The notes under the pieces: generated by a model
The model's database searches: none
What the model was told of the DNA's origin: nothing
The model's input: only the letters and a program-made list of their open reading frames with translations
Made by a program: the position numbers and the translations under genes
Source: the human T2T-CHM13v2.0 reference genome, Homo sapiens
Length of the DNA: 64,000 nt
Strand: one strand, 5' to 3'
Assembly: GCF_009914755.1 (NCBI RefSeq)
Contig: NC_060944.1
In this document: positions 38,443-57,185 of the stretch, one piece after another
Layout of the letters: each line of letters opens with the position of its first letter
Numbering within the stretch: the stretch's first letter is position 1

Positions 38443-39252
38443 AGAATGAGACTATTCTTATTGAAAGTGATCAATCTGTCTCAGATGTTTTCTAAGCGTA
38501 GAAACAATTTTGAAGAAAGGGTTGGAGGAACAAATGCGGCTGTTTGCATGAATAGATGCAGCTGTTTCCTTTGGACCTCCGCAAGCTCAGCTGAGCCTGT
38601 GGGTAATTTAATATTGAATGAATGAGTGACTGGTGATAACGGATTCTTATCATTGTGTACTTCCAATCCCAGAGAGCTGCTAGTTTATTGGACTTCTGAA
38701 GTCCTTGTGGTCAAATCAGCCATTCATTCCTTCATTTATTAATCCAATTTTAAATTGGGCTAGGCCCTTGGATTCCTAAATGAGTGAACCAGGCCCTTGA
38801 CAACCAGGAGCTTGCCTGGCTCTTGGAGGAGGAGAGGATTCTATTGAGCTCTGAGGGATGGTTCAGGCCTGGGCTGGGAGAGAAGAGGAGATGTCCATTC
38901 AGGATGGGAGTGCTGTCTCTTGGACGTTGGGCATCCTGACGTCCTGCTCTGACCCTGGCTTGCTCATTCATTTATTCATTCACTCATTCATCTAAGAAAT
39001 AAGTATTGAGCACCTACCTACTTTCAGGGTAATCTGCTTGGCATCTTTCTTAGAGTGGCATTCCCAATGGGCAGATTTTCCAGCATGGCAAGTCTGTTTC
39101 TCACTTTCTTAGAAATTCATATGGCAAAGAAGTGGTGTGGGTTAGAAGTTTTGGAATTTCTAGTTTCAAACTATTTACATCTCTGACTTCCCCAGTTGCT
39201 CCCTAGTCCTCTGTTGACTTCAGACTGAACCTCTGAACTGGAAATCAGGAGA

Positions 39253-39459
39253 GGGTTCAAGTGGTTCTCCCGCCTCAGCCTGCAGAGTAGCTGGGACTAC
39301 AGGCACATGCCACCATACCTGGCTAATTTTTTGTATTTTTTTGTAGAGATGGGGTTTCACCGTGCTAGCCAGGATGGTCTCGATTTCCTGACTTCATGTT
39401 CCACCCGCCTCGGCCTCCCAAAGTGCTGGGATTACAGGTGTGAGCCACTGCGCCCGGCC
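39253..39459 (-). mobile_element. AluSc/Y-like, missing 3' end and tail
   Basis: Left arm plus half of right arm; 'gctagccaggatggtctcgat'. Confidence 0.88.
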
Positions 39460-39872
39460 ATTTTAACTTGTAAGTCTGGCAGCCCTACTGTCAGGGAAAG
39501 CCTCTCTCTGGCCTGAGAAAGGCCGTGAGTTTAATCTCTTGGGTTTTTAGGAGGCCTCTTCCCCTACAAATCTTCCAACCATGGCAGTCAGGGCCTGGCT
39601 AGAACCTGCTGTTGACTCTCCTCACCTTGCCCTTGTAGGGTGCAGAGAACGTGGACTGCCCCATGTGAACTGAAGATCAGGAGATCTGAATTCCAGATCA
39701 TAGTCTGCCAGCGAGGTCACAGAACACGTTGCTGGCAGACTCTGGGCCTGATTTTCCTATTTAGAGACCATTGAGGATTCTATGGACTGTTCAAATATCA
39801 TACATGGATTTAGCTTTGGAGGGCAACCGGGACAGGAACATTTGTCCATGTGTCCTCTGTGTACCCATCCAG

Positions 39873-39876
<4 letters not shown>

Positions 39877-39918
<42 letters not shown>

Positions 39919-39925
39919 ATGTGTG
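39877..39925. repeat. Compound (CT)n(GT)n microsatellite
   Basis: Direct reading. Confidence 0.95.
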
Positions 39926-40580
39926 CTTGTGCGTGCTAGGGGATGGAAGAGAGATGCCAAACTGCCTGAGATGATGCAAGAAATGGCCTGTTAAGAGCCA
40001 CCTGCCATGCTTTTTTTGATTTTGTACAACTCCTGTACTGACAGTGGCAGTCGGTGGGGGAGAGTAGTTGGGAGTTGCCCCATTTTTTTCTCAGTTCAAC
40101 TTCCCCAGAATGACTCCCCACAACCTTTCTCACTCCCAGGAGAAAACGCAGGTTCTTTCTTCTGTCCTTGGAATAAAGCAGGCTGGTAAAAAGGAACAAA
40201 GACACAATGGCAGGTTGTTGAGCTGAGCTTGAAAGGGCTCAGCGGCAGGGGGCCTGGCTTCGGCTCCAGGTGCCTGGGCCCAGGTCATCCCATCTGGGAA
40301 GCTGCTCCTGGCTATTCATTTGTTCAGTATCATTCTGAAACACAAGGCAAGGAGGAGAGGCAGAGCTACAGAGAATCTGAGGAGAAGCCCGAAAAATAAT
40401 TGCAACAAGGGAAGAGAGAAGTATATCCTGTCAAATGCTGCTTTGGTACCTAACTCTGAGATCACAGACATTTGGCAGGACAGAGAAGAAGACACTAATT
40501 GGAAGGGGTTGGGTAAAACTCACACAAGGGCTGGCAAAGAAACCAGCACATTCTCAGAACTGCCTAGAAAGACAGAACAC

Positions 40581-41308
<728 letters not shown>

Positions 41309-41775
41309 GTGGTGGACACTGCTGTTGTGCCACTCGGCTCCCCTGAGATTCCTTTTACCATCCCTCTGGGGGTATCCTCTGCTCCGTGTACTTTGTTGCT
41401 AACACTGGCACCTGTGCCTTTTGGAAGATCGTCTTGGCCAGTGGAGCCACCTTGCCTAACTGTGAGCCAGAGGAGCCTTGGAGTTTCATGCCCTCTCCCG
41501 AGCCTTCTCCCTTCCTAGCCCAGGACCGGTGTGAGCATGCAGAAGCTCAGCACCCGAGGTGAGACAGAGTCCGAGTGTTATATATATTCCAGAGCTCACC
41601 ATGGGATCAGGCTGAGGCTGGGGCTCCACCCGAAATACACCCCATCCTTGGCTTCTTCCCCTTCTGTATCCTGCTTTCCCCGCTTTCTTACTGATTTCTC
41701 CTTCATTAATTAGTTATCTTATTATTTCTCAATTGACCACTTACACCTGAATCCCTGCCTTAGGATCAGATTCTG
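41309..41775 (+). mobile_element. LTR16-family ERVL solo LTR
   Basis: 'gtggtggacactgctgttgtgcc...gggatcaggctgaggctgggg...cacttacacctgaatccctgccttaggatcagattctg'. Confidence 0.65.
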
Positions 41776-42039
41776 ATGTGATTATGATAGTGGGGAAACC
41801 CCAGGAAGGCATTTCAGTTAACACCTCAGGTGCTCAGGAAGGAGAACAGCTTCAACTGGTCATGCCCCAGAGCAGAACTGTCATTTAGAAAAGACCGCAG
41901 ATCTCTGGTGGAGGAGGAGGGGTGAATGTTAGGAGTAGGGGCTCCTAGAGGTCAGCATCATCATCTCCAATGTTTGTGTCTTCACTTGGCGATCTTTGAA
42001 GACATTTACATGGGAGACCCTTGATTTACTCCACAAGAG

Positions 42040-42575
42040 CATGTGTTTTAGACTCACGCAGATCTGAGTTCATGTCCCACTTTTAAAAGATTGTATTTAT
42101 TTAAGGTATACAACATGATGTTTTGATATAAATATACATAGTGAAAAGATGACTACAGTTAAGCAAATTAACAGATACATCTTTTCACATGGCTACCTTT
42201 TCTTTTTGTGTGGTAAGAACATCTGAAATCTACTCTCAGCAAATTTCCAGTCTACAACACAACATTATTAACAGCAGTCACCTTGCTGTAGTTAGCGCTC
42301 TAGGCTTTTTCATCCTATATAATGGCAACTTTGTGCCCTTTGACCTGCATCACCCATTTCTTCCCTCTCTCCACCCCAGGTGGTCTCTACTCCACGCTCT
42401 ACTTCTGTGTATTCACATGTCCCACTTCTGACCCTTACTGGCGGTATGACCTAAGGCAAGTTACTCAACCTCTCTGAGCCTTAGTTTCCTCATCTGTAAA
42501 ATGGGACTAATAGTGGTTCACATCTCAGAGGGCAGTTGAGAGGGTTACATGTGCCCGCTGTGGTAAACATGTTGG
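42040..42575 (+). mobile_element. MIR split by an L1MA insertion
   Basis: 'cagatctgagttcatgtcccactt' resumes as 'ctgacccttactggcggtatgacctaaggcaagttactcaacctctctgagccttagtttcctcatctgtaaaatggg'. Confidence 0.85.
42083..42415 (-). mobile_element. L1MA (L1MA7/8-like) 3' fragment
   Basis: 'tttaaggtatacaacatgatgttttgatata'; perfect 12-bp TSD catgtcccactt at 42071-42082 and 42416-42427. Confidence 0.85.
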
Positions 42576-43479
42576 TTCTGGTCCCTGAGTCTCAGTGTTA
42601 ACATAAAATAGAGGCCCAGGATGTCTTTTATCAGGAAGTCTTTCCAAAGTGGGACATGCCAACTGATAAATGATGCAGCTGGCCCATGATTTTTGCAAGA
42701 GTTGTTATGGCAACCATATTTTTAAGTCACAAAATTGGCAAAGAACGTGAAATTGGGACTATGTGACAACAAGAAGTGATGGGTTGACATAAATAGACCT
42801 ACAAAAGAGAAGTAGTAGCAGCAATTAAGAATATGAGAAGCAGGTACAGAAACACATATTAAGGATAGGATAGTTGTATGTGACCAAGTGGGGGTTAGAA
42901 ACCTGTCCCTGGTCTGGACAGAAGAAGAGGTGTGAGTTTGGAATAAGCATTTTTACACAGTCTCTCAGGGTTGCCTGAGCCATTTTGCTTCTTGTTGGGC
43001 ACCCCCTGGAATGAGAGAACAGACTGTCTCCCAAGCGATTCACTTCACTCTCCCAAGCGATTGGACAGGGGTCTTGTCTTGGGCTTCTTATTCCTGTGGT
43101 CCTCCTCCCTTTTGCTGTGTCCCACCTGCCTGTGTCTCCACTGGCAGCTTCCTGGGGGAGACATGACTCTCTGTTCTCTTTCCATAAGTTCCCAGTAACT
43201 CCGGGTATCAGAGAAGTGCCAGGAATCCCTCCTCTCCACTTTCCCCTCTGAGGAATGGGAGGATATCAGAGTCACGGTCTCACTTGCAGCTGAGTGGTTG
43301 GAATAGACATTTAGCAATTTGCATCATCAGAGTCATGATGCCAGGTGGACACCTTGTGAAGTACTTAAGAGAAGCTCCCCTATCAGGAGGACAGGAGAGT
43401 CGGAGTCTGGGCTCAATAGGGCAAAAGCTATTATGATTGTAGGAGAAATGAAGGGCCTGCCATGAGAGGGGTCGGCTGC

Positions 43480-43920
43480 TTGTTCTGTTTCCATCCACCT
43501 CCACGGATGCATCCCCAGACCTTCTCTGCACCCCAGAGGTTGACCCTGTGAATGTCACTTTTGAGGCTCCCTTGACAGCTAGATTCTGCTTGGGTTTGAA
43601 CAACAGGAGGTACCTGAGACTGAAGGGCAGATGGAAGGAGAGGTTTACCCTCCACACCTGCTTTGACAGTGGTGTCATACCCCCAGGAACAGTCCCTTAA
43701 CCTGGCTCCAGCTCTCACTGGACTCCTGTGATGCCATTTCCTTCCCTTGCCCCCAGTCCTAAAGGCAGTAATGCTGTAGTCTGTTGCTTGTCTCTGGGAC
43801 CCAGTTACCCTTGTTGGTCTTGTTAGCCCCACCCATACTGCTGAAAATAGCACCTTTATTAAAGGCTTCCCATTTGAACCAGCTGAGTTGAATTTGTTTC
43901 TTTCTAAGATCCTGATGGGA
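43480..43920 (+). mobile_element. LTR33-like ERVL solo LTR
   Basis: 'gatgcatccccagaccttctctgcaccccagaggttgaccc...ggctcccttg...cccttgttggtc...aatagcacctttattaaa'; boundaries approximate. Confidence 0.6.
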
Positions 43921-45059
43921 ACATGAAGAAAGAGTAAAGGTGCCAAGCATCTCAATTTGGGTGGCACTGGCTTTCTGAGATAGTGAGGTTGCAGGTTGGA
44001 TGGGGGAAGAAGAAGTGAACTGGGGAGCTACAGGGGCAAGGCCCAGGGATCAAGCCCAAAAGTAGAGCTGGGTCACATGAGTCTAAACTACCAGTCATTG
44101 TTGCTGGTCTATGCTGGTGCTGAAACCTAGAGACTGCCCTCTGGTGAGACAGGAGGCAGGAGTCTCTGAGCAATGGAGATGCTCACATTGTGGGCACAGT
44201 TGGATCTTCATTCTGGGGAATTCTTCTGCATCCATTAGGACTCAGTCCCAATGGGATGGGGAGCCCAGAGCTGAGCATGGGCTATAACCAGCCAATGGGC
44301 TCAGAGCTATGAGAGAAACTGGAGTGGGTAACATCAAGGCATGAGGTTCAGGGTTACTCTCATGGTCTTGGGGACTAAGTAGGGAAGAGACCAGGGCCAG
44401 GTAGGAATGGACACAAATTAGCTGATGACAGCTGTTTGGGGACAGAATCTGAGCCCATGAATGATGCAACTTTGGGCCACTCTTTGGTGTTGGTAGGAGA
44501 AGGAAGGGATTATTACTGTGATAAAGATGGATGAGGAAGTTTTCATGAAAGTGGTGTTTTTGGCACAGGAAGGGCAATTGCAGAATACGTTTAAGAAGTG
44601 AGGTGCTGGTGTGTTATGCACAGTGGAGGGATTCTGTTGGTAGTACTCAGTATTTGACTTGGCTTAGGAAGAGTTCCTCATAGGCTAGCCTCCCAGCCTC
44701 CTGGCCTCCTGACAGAGGAGTTTCTCTTAAGTCCTTCATGAGGTGTCCAGCTGGCAGTAGCCAGGCCATGATGGCACCCAGCTCCCCTTCTGCTCCCTTC
44801 ACTGCTGGTGACCCAGGCGTGCCTGGACACAGTTCTACCCCTGACCCCTGGACATTGCTGCTTCTCTCCAGGCATCAGCATGGGGCTGAAGGGGGTTAGG
44901 CCACAGTTCCTTTTCTATCCTGTCTCATGTCCCTATCAACATCTCCACCATAGAATGTGCTGGGTAGGTAGGAAGATGCAAATGTTTTGAAAAACAAAAA
45001 CAAAAAAGCCAAGTGTGTAAAAATCTCACTTTATTTCTCTACAGCTGAAATTAAATTAG

Positions 45060-45575
45060 CTCTTAAGCCTTGATTTCCACAGTTTGGAGAAAACTTGATT
45101 TTGCCAATTCTCATATATATGTGCATCTGCATCTGGGGCCTTATATTCTATTTCATTGGCCTGTCTGTCTATCCTTCCCTGAATGCCTCACTCTTTTAAT
45201 TACCACAGCTTTATAATAAGTATTGTTCCCTGGTAGAATAAGTCTCTCCAGAAATTTGCCTTGGCTTGAATTTTGGGGTGGAATTGTCAAGTTCTCTATT
45301 AATTTTTGTTGCTTGATCTTGTGGCCAACTATCCTGCTGTACTCTCTTATTAGGTCTATTTCTTTTTACTAGATTATTTTGGATTTTCTGTGTAGACAGT
45401 CATATTTTCTGCAAATAATGACAATGGATTTTTCTTTCCTAATCTTTCATAACATTTTTTTCTTCTTCTTATTGTGCCAACTTTTAGTACAGGATGAATG
45501 GAAGGGATGGGAGCAGATGTTTGTATCTGGTTCTTGTCTTTAAAGGAGCACCAACTTCTCTGTAATTCTCATTAT
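45060..45575 (-). mobile_element. Ancient L1ME-type ORF2 fragments
   Basis: 'tattctatttcattggcctgtctgtctatcc...ttttggattttctgtgtagacagtcatattttctgcaaataatgaca'. Confidence 0.6.
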
Positions 45576-45597
45576 AGGACTCTCAACTCACTTTTTT

Positions 45598-48595
<2,998 letters not shown>

Positions 48596-49661
48596 TAGAA
48601 ACTCCACTGCCTATCCCAGCAATTTGCCTCTCCCAGGATTCATTCTTCCCCCACTAGCCACACTTTCCCTGCTGCTGAGCTCTGCCTATGAGAATGTCCT
48701 GGGGCTCCAGAGGGGAGTGGGAGGTGACATTCTAGGACCCACAGGATAGCCCAGGATGAGCTCTTCCCTTCCAGATCTCCCCATTTGCATATTTTGCAGG
48801 CGAGCTTCTTCATCCTTCACATTTTCCAGTAAGTGGCTGTTGAATCAAGTGGAAAGGCAAGTGAGTGTTGCTCTCTCTCTGCTCCACCCTCTTTCCCTGT
48901 CTATCTCCCTCTCTATCTCCCTCTCTCCCTCTCCCTCTCTCCTCCTTCCTTCTCACTCCAAGGACAAATGGTAATTGTCAGACAGTAGAAACCCACAAGG
49001 AGGAAGAATCACATTTTTCTTCATGTCCCATAATTGTCAGACAACAACTCCTCAATGGAGTTAAACTTCACATTTTTATGTGGAAGATCACTGGCTCCTT
49101 CCTTTTCTCTCAACCTTCCCCTTCCCCTTGTATACCTGGGTCCACTGGGAGTAGAAAGTAGCACTATCTCTTAGTAACTGTCCCCTCAGCTCTGCTAAGA
49201 TTGACATTGAAAAGCTTTGCAATTGCCACATGAAGGCTCAATTAAAGTCTTGGCCAAGGGCTACCCTCTTTTGCAATCTAGGATGGGGAGAGTGTGTGGT
49301 TTTCCTCTTCCTGTTCCATAGCAATATGACAGAACAAATGAGCTGGAACTTTCAAGTTCAGTGATTTTTTTTTTTTTTTTTTTAATGAAGGAAAAAAAAA
49401 TGGGGGCTGCTCTTCTAGACATGTGTTCACCAGAAAGTGTGGGATGTGGTTTGGTTAAATGTGTGTATTTCCATTGCCATCCTTCTTTTCCAAGGAGTTT
49501 CAATTTGCATCAAAATGGCAGACTTGGGTAGGAGGGAGGGGTGGCAGGGATGTCTTGCAAAGTGGCCATTTGGCCTTTTCAAATCTTGGACCCTATGGTT
49601 TTATTCAACTAACACTCAAAGTTATGTCTTGTGACAAACAAAGTTTAAACTTAAAATATGA

Positions 49662-50303
49662 CAGTCGATTCTCATTACTCATGGTAGTTATGTTCTACAA
49701 AGTCATCTCAAACTCTGAGTTAATGAATACTGAACCATTGCTCCTAGGGGAAGTACAGGTCAAACTCATGCAAGCCACTGGTCACAATATTTTTGTCAAG
49801 AGTTCAATACATAACTTTGTTTACGTGTGTTTTTATTAAAGACACCCTATTTAATGTACATTGTTGATTCATTAACACTGAACTCACCTCCAATACCAAC
49901 ATAACTGATTCTTGAATGAAACTTATCTAACACACATTTTCTCTGTAAGGTGCATCAGAGCCTTCCTGTACTTAAGAACAATAGACAGCACTTTAGCACT
50001 GTGTTTGGGGACCATTTTAAACAGCAAAATCACCAACAAAAAGCAAAAACATCAAAAGACATGGCACTAAATAGGCCTTGGAAAGGATAATTGCTTACTG
50101 TATGAGAGCTGAAACAAGAAGGCAGAGTGTCAGCTTGTTCAACCTCATTGGGAATGTGCATTGGACAACTCAAATTATTCTCCACTTTGTGCATGTACAC
50201 AAATGACTGCAAAAGCACCATGAATACTGATTTTGGAGTTACAAATAAATTTTAGTTCATAAGAAAATTCACAAATACAGAATTCAAGAATGAGGAAACT
50301 ATG
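49662..50303. mobile_element. MER82 (TcMar-Tigger non-autonomous element)
   Basis: ~640 bp, terminal 'cagtcgattctcattactc' / 'gaatgaggaaactatg', internal 'atgagagctgaaacaagaaggcagag'. Confidence 0.8.
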
Positions 50304-53300
50304 TACTAACTATATGTTTCTAACTATATGTAGAAAAGATGTGCATGAGAAAACATCTATTAAAATACTGTGTAAAAACTTTTAAATAAATACTTATTTT
50401 AAAGAAATAGACGTTATTCTTTGAACATCTCCTGGAGATGAAGTGCCGTGTGCTTCCGACAGCTACTTACAAGGGGACCCTGTTAACAATCTACACTTTA
50501 CTTTGCATATCGACTTCATTCCTATATCAAACGCTTCCAGGAGAAGAGATTTAACCACTTTTAAATGATCAAGTGAAAATGAGGTTTAAACATGGTTCCA
50601 TATGTCAAATGTGCCTCGTGAAACCTGGCACCAAGAAGGTATACAGTGCAGGTGTGTTCTTATTTCCTATCCTTTCTCCCATTTGATTTTTTTCTCTTCT
50701 TTCTTCACTTAAGAGAGGTGCCAAAATGGTAAGAGCATAGTTGGGAGTGGGGAGGGTGTAAGTGAACCATTCTGGCCAAGAAATTTCTAAGTTTCCAAAG
50801 AAGAGTTTAGTGCATCCTAGGTTTAGTACATAAGAGCAGATCTTGGGAAGGCCACGGAGGCAAATACTTGGTCCCAAACGTGTTTTTTGACATCTTCATG
50901 GCCTCAGAAGTCTAATGAGCGTGTCCACGTGGAAGGGAATGCAGCCATTTTGTTCTATTTTGATTTCAGCCTAATACAAAGTTTTTCCTGCGGGGTTTTA
51001 ACCTCTTTCTGTGGCAAATAAGTATTGTGAACAATTCCCCATTGACCTGCAAAGCAGAGACAGAGGAGGGAGCCATTGCTGGCTTAGGAGCTGAGCATGT
51101 CAGTCTTGTTCCTCAGTGTTGAGTTTGTGATCTGACCTCCTGCACTCTGTGAGTTCCTCCCTGCTTTTAGTTTTTGCTGTCTGTAGATTCAACCCTTGCC
51201 TGGGAGAATCACCCTGTTCTTTTCTGGACCACCTGTTATGTGCCCTCCACACCAACTTCATTCTATCTCTGTCCTCACTGATGTTAAGACAGGAGCATAT
51301 ATGTCCAGCCAGAGGGATGTAGTTTGGGGAGGACCAAAGTGCTTTCTGACTATTCACCCTCAAAGGTAGCAAGGAAATTGGTACCCAGGTGTGTTAGTTT
51401 CCTATTGCTACTGTAACAAATCACCACAAGCTTAGTGGATTAAAACAACACAAATTTATTCTCTTACAGTCCTGGAGGTCAGAAGTTCAAAATGAGTTTA
51501 TGAGGATAAAATCAAGGTGTCAATCATCATGGTGGACGGGAGGCAGGACTAGATTGCAGCTCCAACTCGGATGGACAGAGCAGGGTGTGGAGGCTTGTAT
51601 TGTGAATTTTTAGCTCCAGAATGACTGCAGGAATAAATAAGGAATCCCAAGAGGACGCACAGACCCTCTGAAGGAAGCAGACTGCTCCTGCAGGACCCAG
51701 GAGACACCCCAAATACTGTGAGTGCCCAAACCATGGAATTGGGAAAGGGAGTTCCTCTACCCTTGAACACACACCCCCCACTGGGGAAACTGAAGGTCCA
51801 GTTTCCTGGAGAAGATTCCAACATTTCCTGGAGCTGAATCAATTTAGAGAGCTGAGCGAAATACAGGGGTAGAGGAAGCAGCGGGAAAGGCCCTGGGAGC
51901 TTGCTGGGTTCCCAAGCAGGCCATTCCTGCCTGGCATCACAGGGATCCTTCAGTAGGACGGCCAGAGGTGTGGGGAAAATGCCACAGAGAGAAGGAAGCC
52001 TCCAGCTGAACTTTGTAACAATTTGAACCAGTGGAAAAGCCTTCTGGCCAGAACCCAGGGAGAGCGTGAGTCTGGCATGCAGACTCCACAGGTGAGGGAA
52101 GAACTAAAGCTCTTTTCTTTTGCAGCTGGGAGGCAGGTAGCCTGGGGCAAGTTCTCAGCCCTGCTTGCCCACAGCCTGGAAACAGACTTGGTGCTGTTAG
52201 GTGGTGCATGTTAGGAGTGAGACTGGCCCTTCTGATTGCATGGGAGCTGGGTGAGGCCTGTGACTGGTTATTTTCCCTCACTTCTCTGACAATCTCCATG
52301 ACTCAGCAGAGGCAGCCATAATCCTCCTAGGAACACAACTCCATTGACCTGGGAAGCTCACCCCCGTCTCCCACATCAGCCGCAGCAAGACCCACCTAAG
52401 GAGAGTCTGAGCTCAGACATGCCTAGCCCTGCCCCCAACTGATGGTCCTTCCCTACCCACCCTGGTAGCTGAAGACAAAGGGCATATACTCTTGGGTGTT
52501 CTAGGGTCCTGCCCACTGCCAGTTCCTCTCCATACTACCACAGCTGATGCTCTCTGGAAAGCGCCACCTCCCAGCAGGAGGTCAACCAGCACAGAAATAG
52601 AGCATTAAACCACCAAAGCTAAGAACCCTCACAGAGTCCATTTCACCCCCCTGCCACCTCCACCAGAACAGGTGCTGGTATCCACAACTGAGAGACCCAC
52701 AGATGGTTCACATCATAGGACTCTGTGCAGACAACCACCAGTACCAGCCCAGAGCCTGGCAGACTTGCTGGATGGCTAGACCCAGAAGAGAAATAACAGT
52801 CACTACAGCTCAGCTCTCAGGAAGCCACATCCATAGGGAAAGGGAGAGAGTACTACATCAGGGGAACAGCCCATGGGACAAAAGAATCTGAACAACAGCC
52901 TTCAGCCCTAGACCCTCTTTCTGACAGAGCCTACCCAAATGAGAAGGAACCAGAAAGCCAACTCTGGTAATATGAAAAAACGAGGCTCTTTTACACCCCC
53001 GCAAAAATCACACTAGCTCACCAGCAATGGATCCAAACCAAGAATAAATCCCTGATTTGCCTGAAAAACAATTCAGGAGGTTAGTTATTAAGCTAATCAA
53101 GGAAGCACCAGAGAAAGGTGAAGCCCAATGCAAGGAAATCCAAAAAACGTTACAAGAAGTGAAGGGAGAAATACTCAAGGAAATAGATAGCATAAAGAAC
53201 AAACAATAAAAAATTCAGGAAACTTCAGACACACTTTTAGAAATGTGAAATGCTCTGGAAAGCTCCAGCAATAGAATTGAACAAATAGAAGAAAGAAATT

Positions 53301-55335
53301 CAGAGCTCGGAGACAAGGTCTTTGAATTAACCCAATCCAACAAAGACAAAGAAAAAAGAATAAGAAAATATGAACAAAGCCTCTAAGAAGTTTGGGATTA
53401 TGTTAAATGACCAAACTTAAGAATAATTGGTGTTCCTGAGGAAGAACAGGAATCTAAAAGTTTGGAAAACATATTTGGGGGAATAATTGAGGAAAACTTC
53501 CCTGGCCTTGCTAGATACCTAGACATCCAAATATAAGAAGCACAAAGAACACCTGGGAAATTCATCATAAAAGGATCATCTCCTAGGCACATCTCCTAGG
53601 TCATCAGGTTATCTAAAGTTAAGATGAAGGAAAGAATCTTAAGAGCTGTGAGACAAAAGTACCAGTAACGTATAAGGGAAAATCTATCAGATTAACAGCA
53701 GATTTCTCAGCAGAAACCCTACAAGCTAGAAGGGATTAGGGCCCTATCTTCAACCTCCTCAAATGAAACAATTATCAGCCAAGAATTTTGTACCCAGTGA
53801 AACTAAGCATCATATATGAAGGAAAGATACAGTCTTTTCCAGACTAACAAATACTGAGAGAATTTGCCACTACCGAGCCACCATTACAAGAACTGCTAAA
53901 AGGAGCTCTAAATCTTGAAACAAATTCTGGAAACACATCAAAACAGAACCTCTTTAAAGCATAAATCTCACAGGACATATAAAACAAAAATACAATTTAA
54001 AAAGCAAAAACAAAAAACCAAGGTACACAGGCAACAAATAGTATGATGATTGGAATGGTACCTCACATCTCTACACTAACATTGAATGTAAATGGCCTAA
54101 ATGCTCCACTTAAAAGATACAGAACTTCAGAATAGATAAGAATTCACTAACCAACTATCTGCTGCCTTCAGGAGACTCACCTAACACAAAAGGACTCACA
54201 TAAACTTAAAGTAAAGGGATGGAAAAAGGCATTTCATGCAAACGGACACCAAAAGCAAGCAGAGGTAGCTATTCTTGTATCAGACAAAACAAACTTTAAA
54301 GCAACAGCAGTTAAAAAAGACAAAGAGGGACATTATATAATGGTTAAAGGCCTTGTCCAACAGGAAAATATCACAATCCTAAACACATATGCACCTAAAA
54401 CTGGAGCTCCCAAAATTATAAAACAATTACTAATAGACCTAAGAAATGAGATAGACAGCAACATAATAATAGTGAGAGACTTCAATACTCCACTGACAAT
54501 GATAGACAGATCATCAAGACAGAAAGTCAACAAAGAAAAATGGATTTAAACTATACCTTGGAACAAATGGATTTAACAGATACATACAGAACATTCCATC
54601 CAACAACCCCAGAATACACATTATATTCAACAGTGCATGGAATTTTCTCCAAGATGGACCATATGATAGGCCATAAAATGAGCCTCAATAAATTTAAGAA
54701 AATTAAAATTATATCAAGTACTCTCTTAGACCACAGTGGAATAAAACTGAAAATTAACTCCAAAAGGAACCTTCAAAACCATGCAAATATATGGAAATTA
54801 AATAATCTGCTCCTGAATGATCACTGGGTCAAAAACAAAATCAAGATGGAAATTAAAAAATTCTTCAGACTGAATGACAACAGTGACACAACCTATCAAA
54901 ACCCCTGGGATAGAGCAACGGTGGTGCTAAGAGGAAAGTTCATAGCCCCAAAATATCTACATCAAAAAGACTGACAGCACAAACCGACATTCTAAGGTTA
55001 CACCTCAAGGAACTAGAGAAACAAGAACAAACCAAACCCAAACCCAGCAGAAGAAAGGAAATAACCAACATTAAAGAAGAACTAAATGAAATTGAAACAA
55101 ACAAACAAAAAAATACAAAAGATAAATGAAACAAAAAGGCTGGTTCTTTGAAAAGATACATAAAATTGATAGACCATTAGCAAAATTAACCAAGAAAAGA
55201 AGAGAGAAAATCCAAATAACCTCACTAAGAAATGAAACAGGAGATATTACAACTGACACCACTGAAATACAAAAGATCATTCAAGGCTACTATGAACACC
55301 TTTGTACACATAAACTAGAAAACCTAGAAAAGATG

Positions 55336-55611
<276 letters not shown>

Positions 55612-57185
55612 CTAGGAAAGATGGATAAATTCCTGGAAAATACAACCCTCCTAGCTTAAATCAGGAAGAGTTAGATACCCTGAACAGGCCAATAACAAGC
55701 CGCAAGATTGAAATGGTAATTAAAACATTACCAACAAAAAAAGTCCAGGACCAGAGGGATTCACAGCAGAATTCTACTAGACATTCAAAGAAGAATTGGT
55801 ATCAATCCTATTGACACTATTCCACAAGACAGAGAAACAAGGAACCCTCCCTAATTCATCCTATGAAGCTGGCATCACCCTAATACCAAAACCAGAAAAG
55901 AACATAACCAAAAAAGAAAATTACAGACTGATATCACTAATGAACATGGATGGTAAAATCCTTAACAAAATACTAGTTAACTTAATCCAACAACATATCA
56001 AAAAGATAATCCACAATGACCAAGTGGGTTTTATACAAGGGATTCAGGGATGGTTTAACATATGCAAGTCAATAGATGTGATACACCACATAAATAGAAT
56101 TAGAAACAAAAATATCATGATCATCTCAATAGATGCAGACAAAGCATTCAACAAAATCCAGCATCGCTTTATGATTAAAACTCTCAGCAAAATCGGCATA
56201 CAAGGGACATACCTCAATGTAATAAAAGCCATCTATGACAAACCCACAGCCAACATAATACTAATGGGGGAAAAGTTGAAAGCTTTCCCTTTGAGAATGG
56301 GAACAAGACAAGGATGCCCACTCTCGCTACTCCTCTTCAACATAGTACTGGAAGTCCTAGCCAGAGTAATCAGACAAGAGAAAGAAATAAAGGGCATCCA
56401 AATTGGTAAAGAGGAAGTCAAACTGTCATTTTTTGCTGACGATATGATCATTTACCTCGAAAACCCTAAAAACTCCTCCAGAAATCTCCTAGACCTGATA
56501 AAAGAATTCAGCGAAGCTTCCGGATACAAGATTAATGTACACAAATCAGTAGCTCTTCTATACACCAACAGCGACCAAGCGGATAATCAAATCAGGAACT
56601 CATTCCTTTTACAATAGCTGCAAAAAAATGGAAATACTTAGGAATATACTTAATCAAGGAGGTGAAAGACCTCTACAAGGAAAACTACAAAGCACTGCTG
56701 AAAGAAATCACAGACAACACAAACAAATGGAAACACATCCCAGGCTCATGGGTGGGTAGAATCAATATTGTGAAAATGACCATGCTGCCAAAAGCAATCT
56801 ATAAATTCAACACAATCCCCATAAAAATACCACCATCATTCTTCACAGAATTAGAAAACAATTCTAAAATTCATATGGAGCCAAAAAATAGCCCACATAG
56901 CCAAAGCAAGACTAAGCAAAAAGAACGAATTTGGAGGCATCACACTACCTGATTTCAAACTATATTGTAAGGCCATAGTCACCAAAACAGCATGGTATTG
57001 GTATAAAAATAGGCACATAGACCAATGAAACAGAATAGAGAACCCAGAAATAAACCCAGATACATACAGCCAACTGATCTTCAACAAAGCAAACAAAAAC
57101 ATAAAGAGGGGAAAGGACACCCTTTTCAACAAATGGTGCTGGGATAATTGGCTAGCCACATGTAGGAGAATGACACTGGATTCTT

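Noticed and set aside
43280-43967. 132-aa and 178-aa ORFs as novel genes
   Set aside because: They overlap an LTR33-like element, have no recognisable domain and no coding-like composition.
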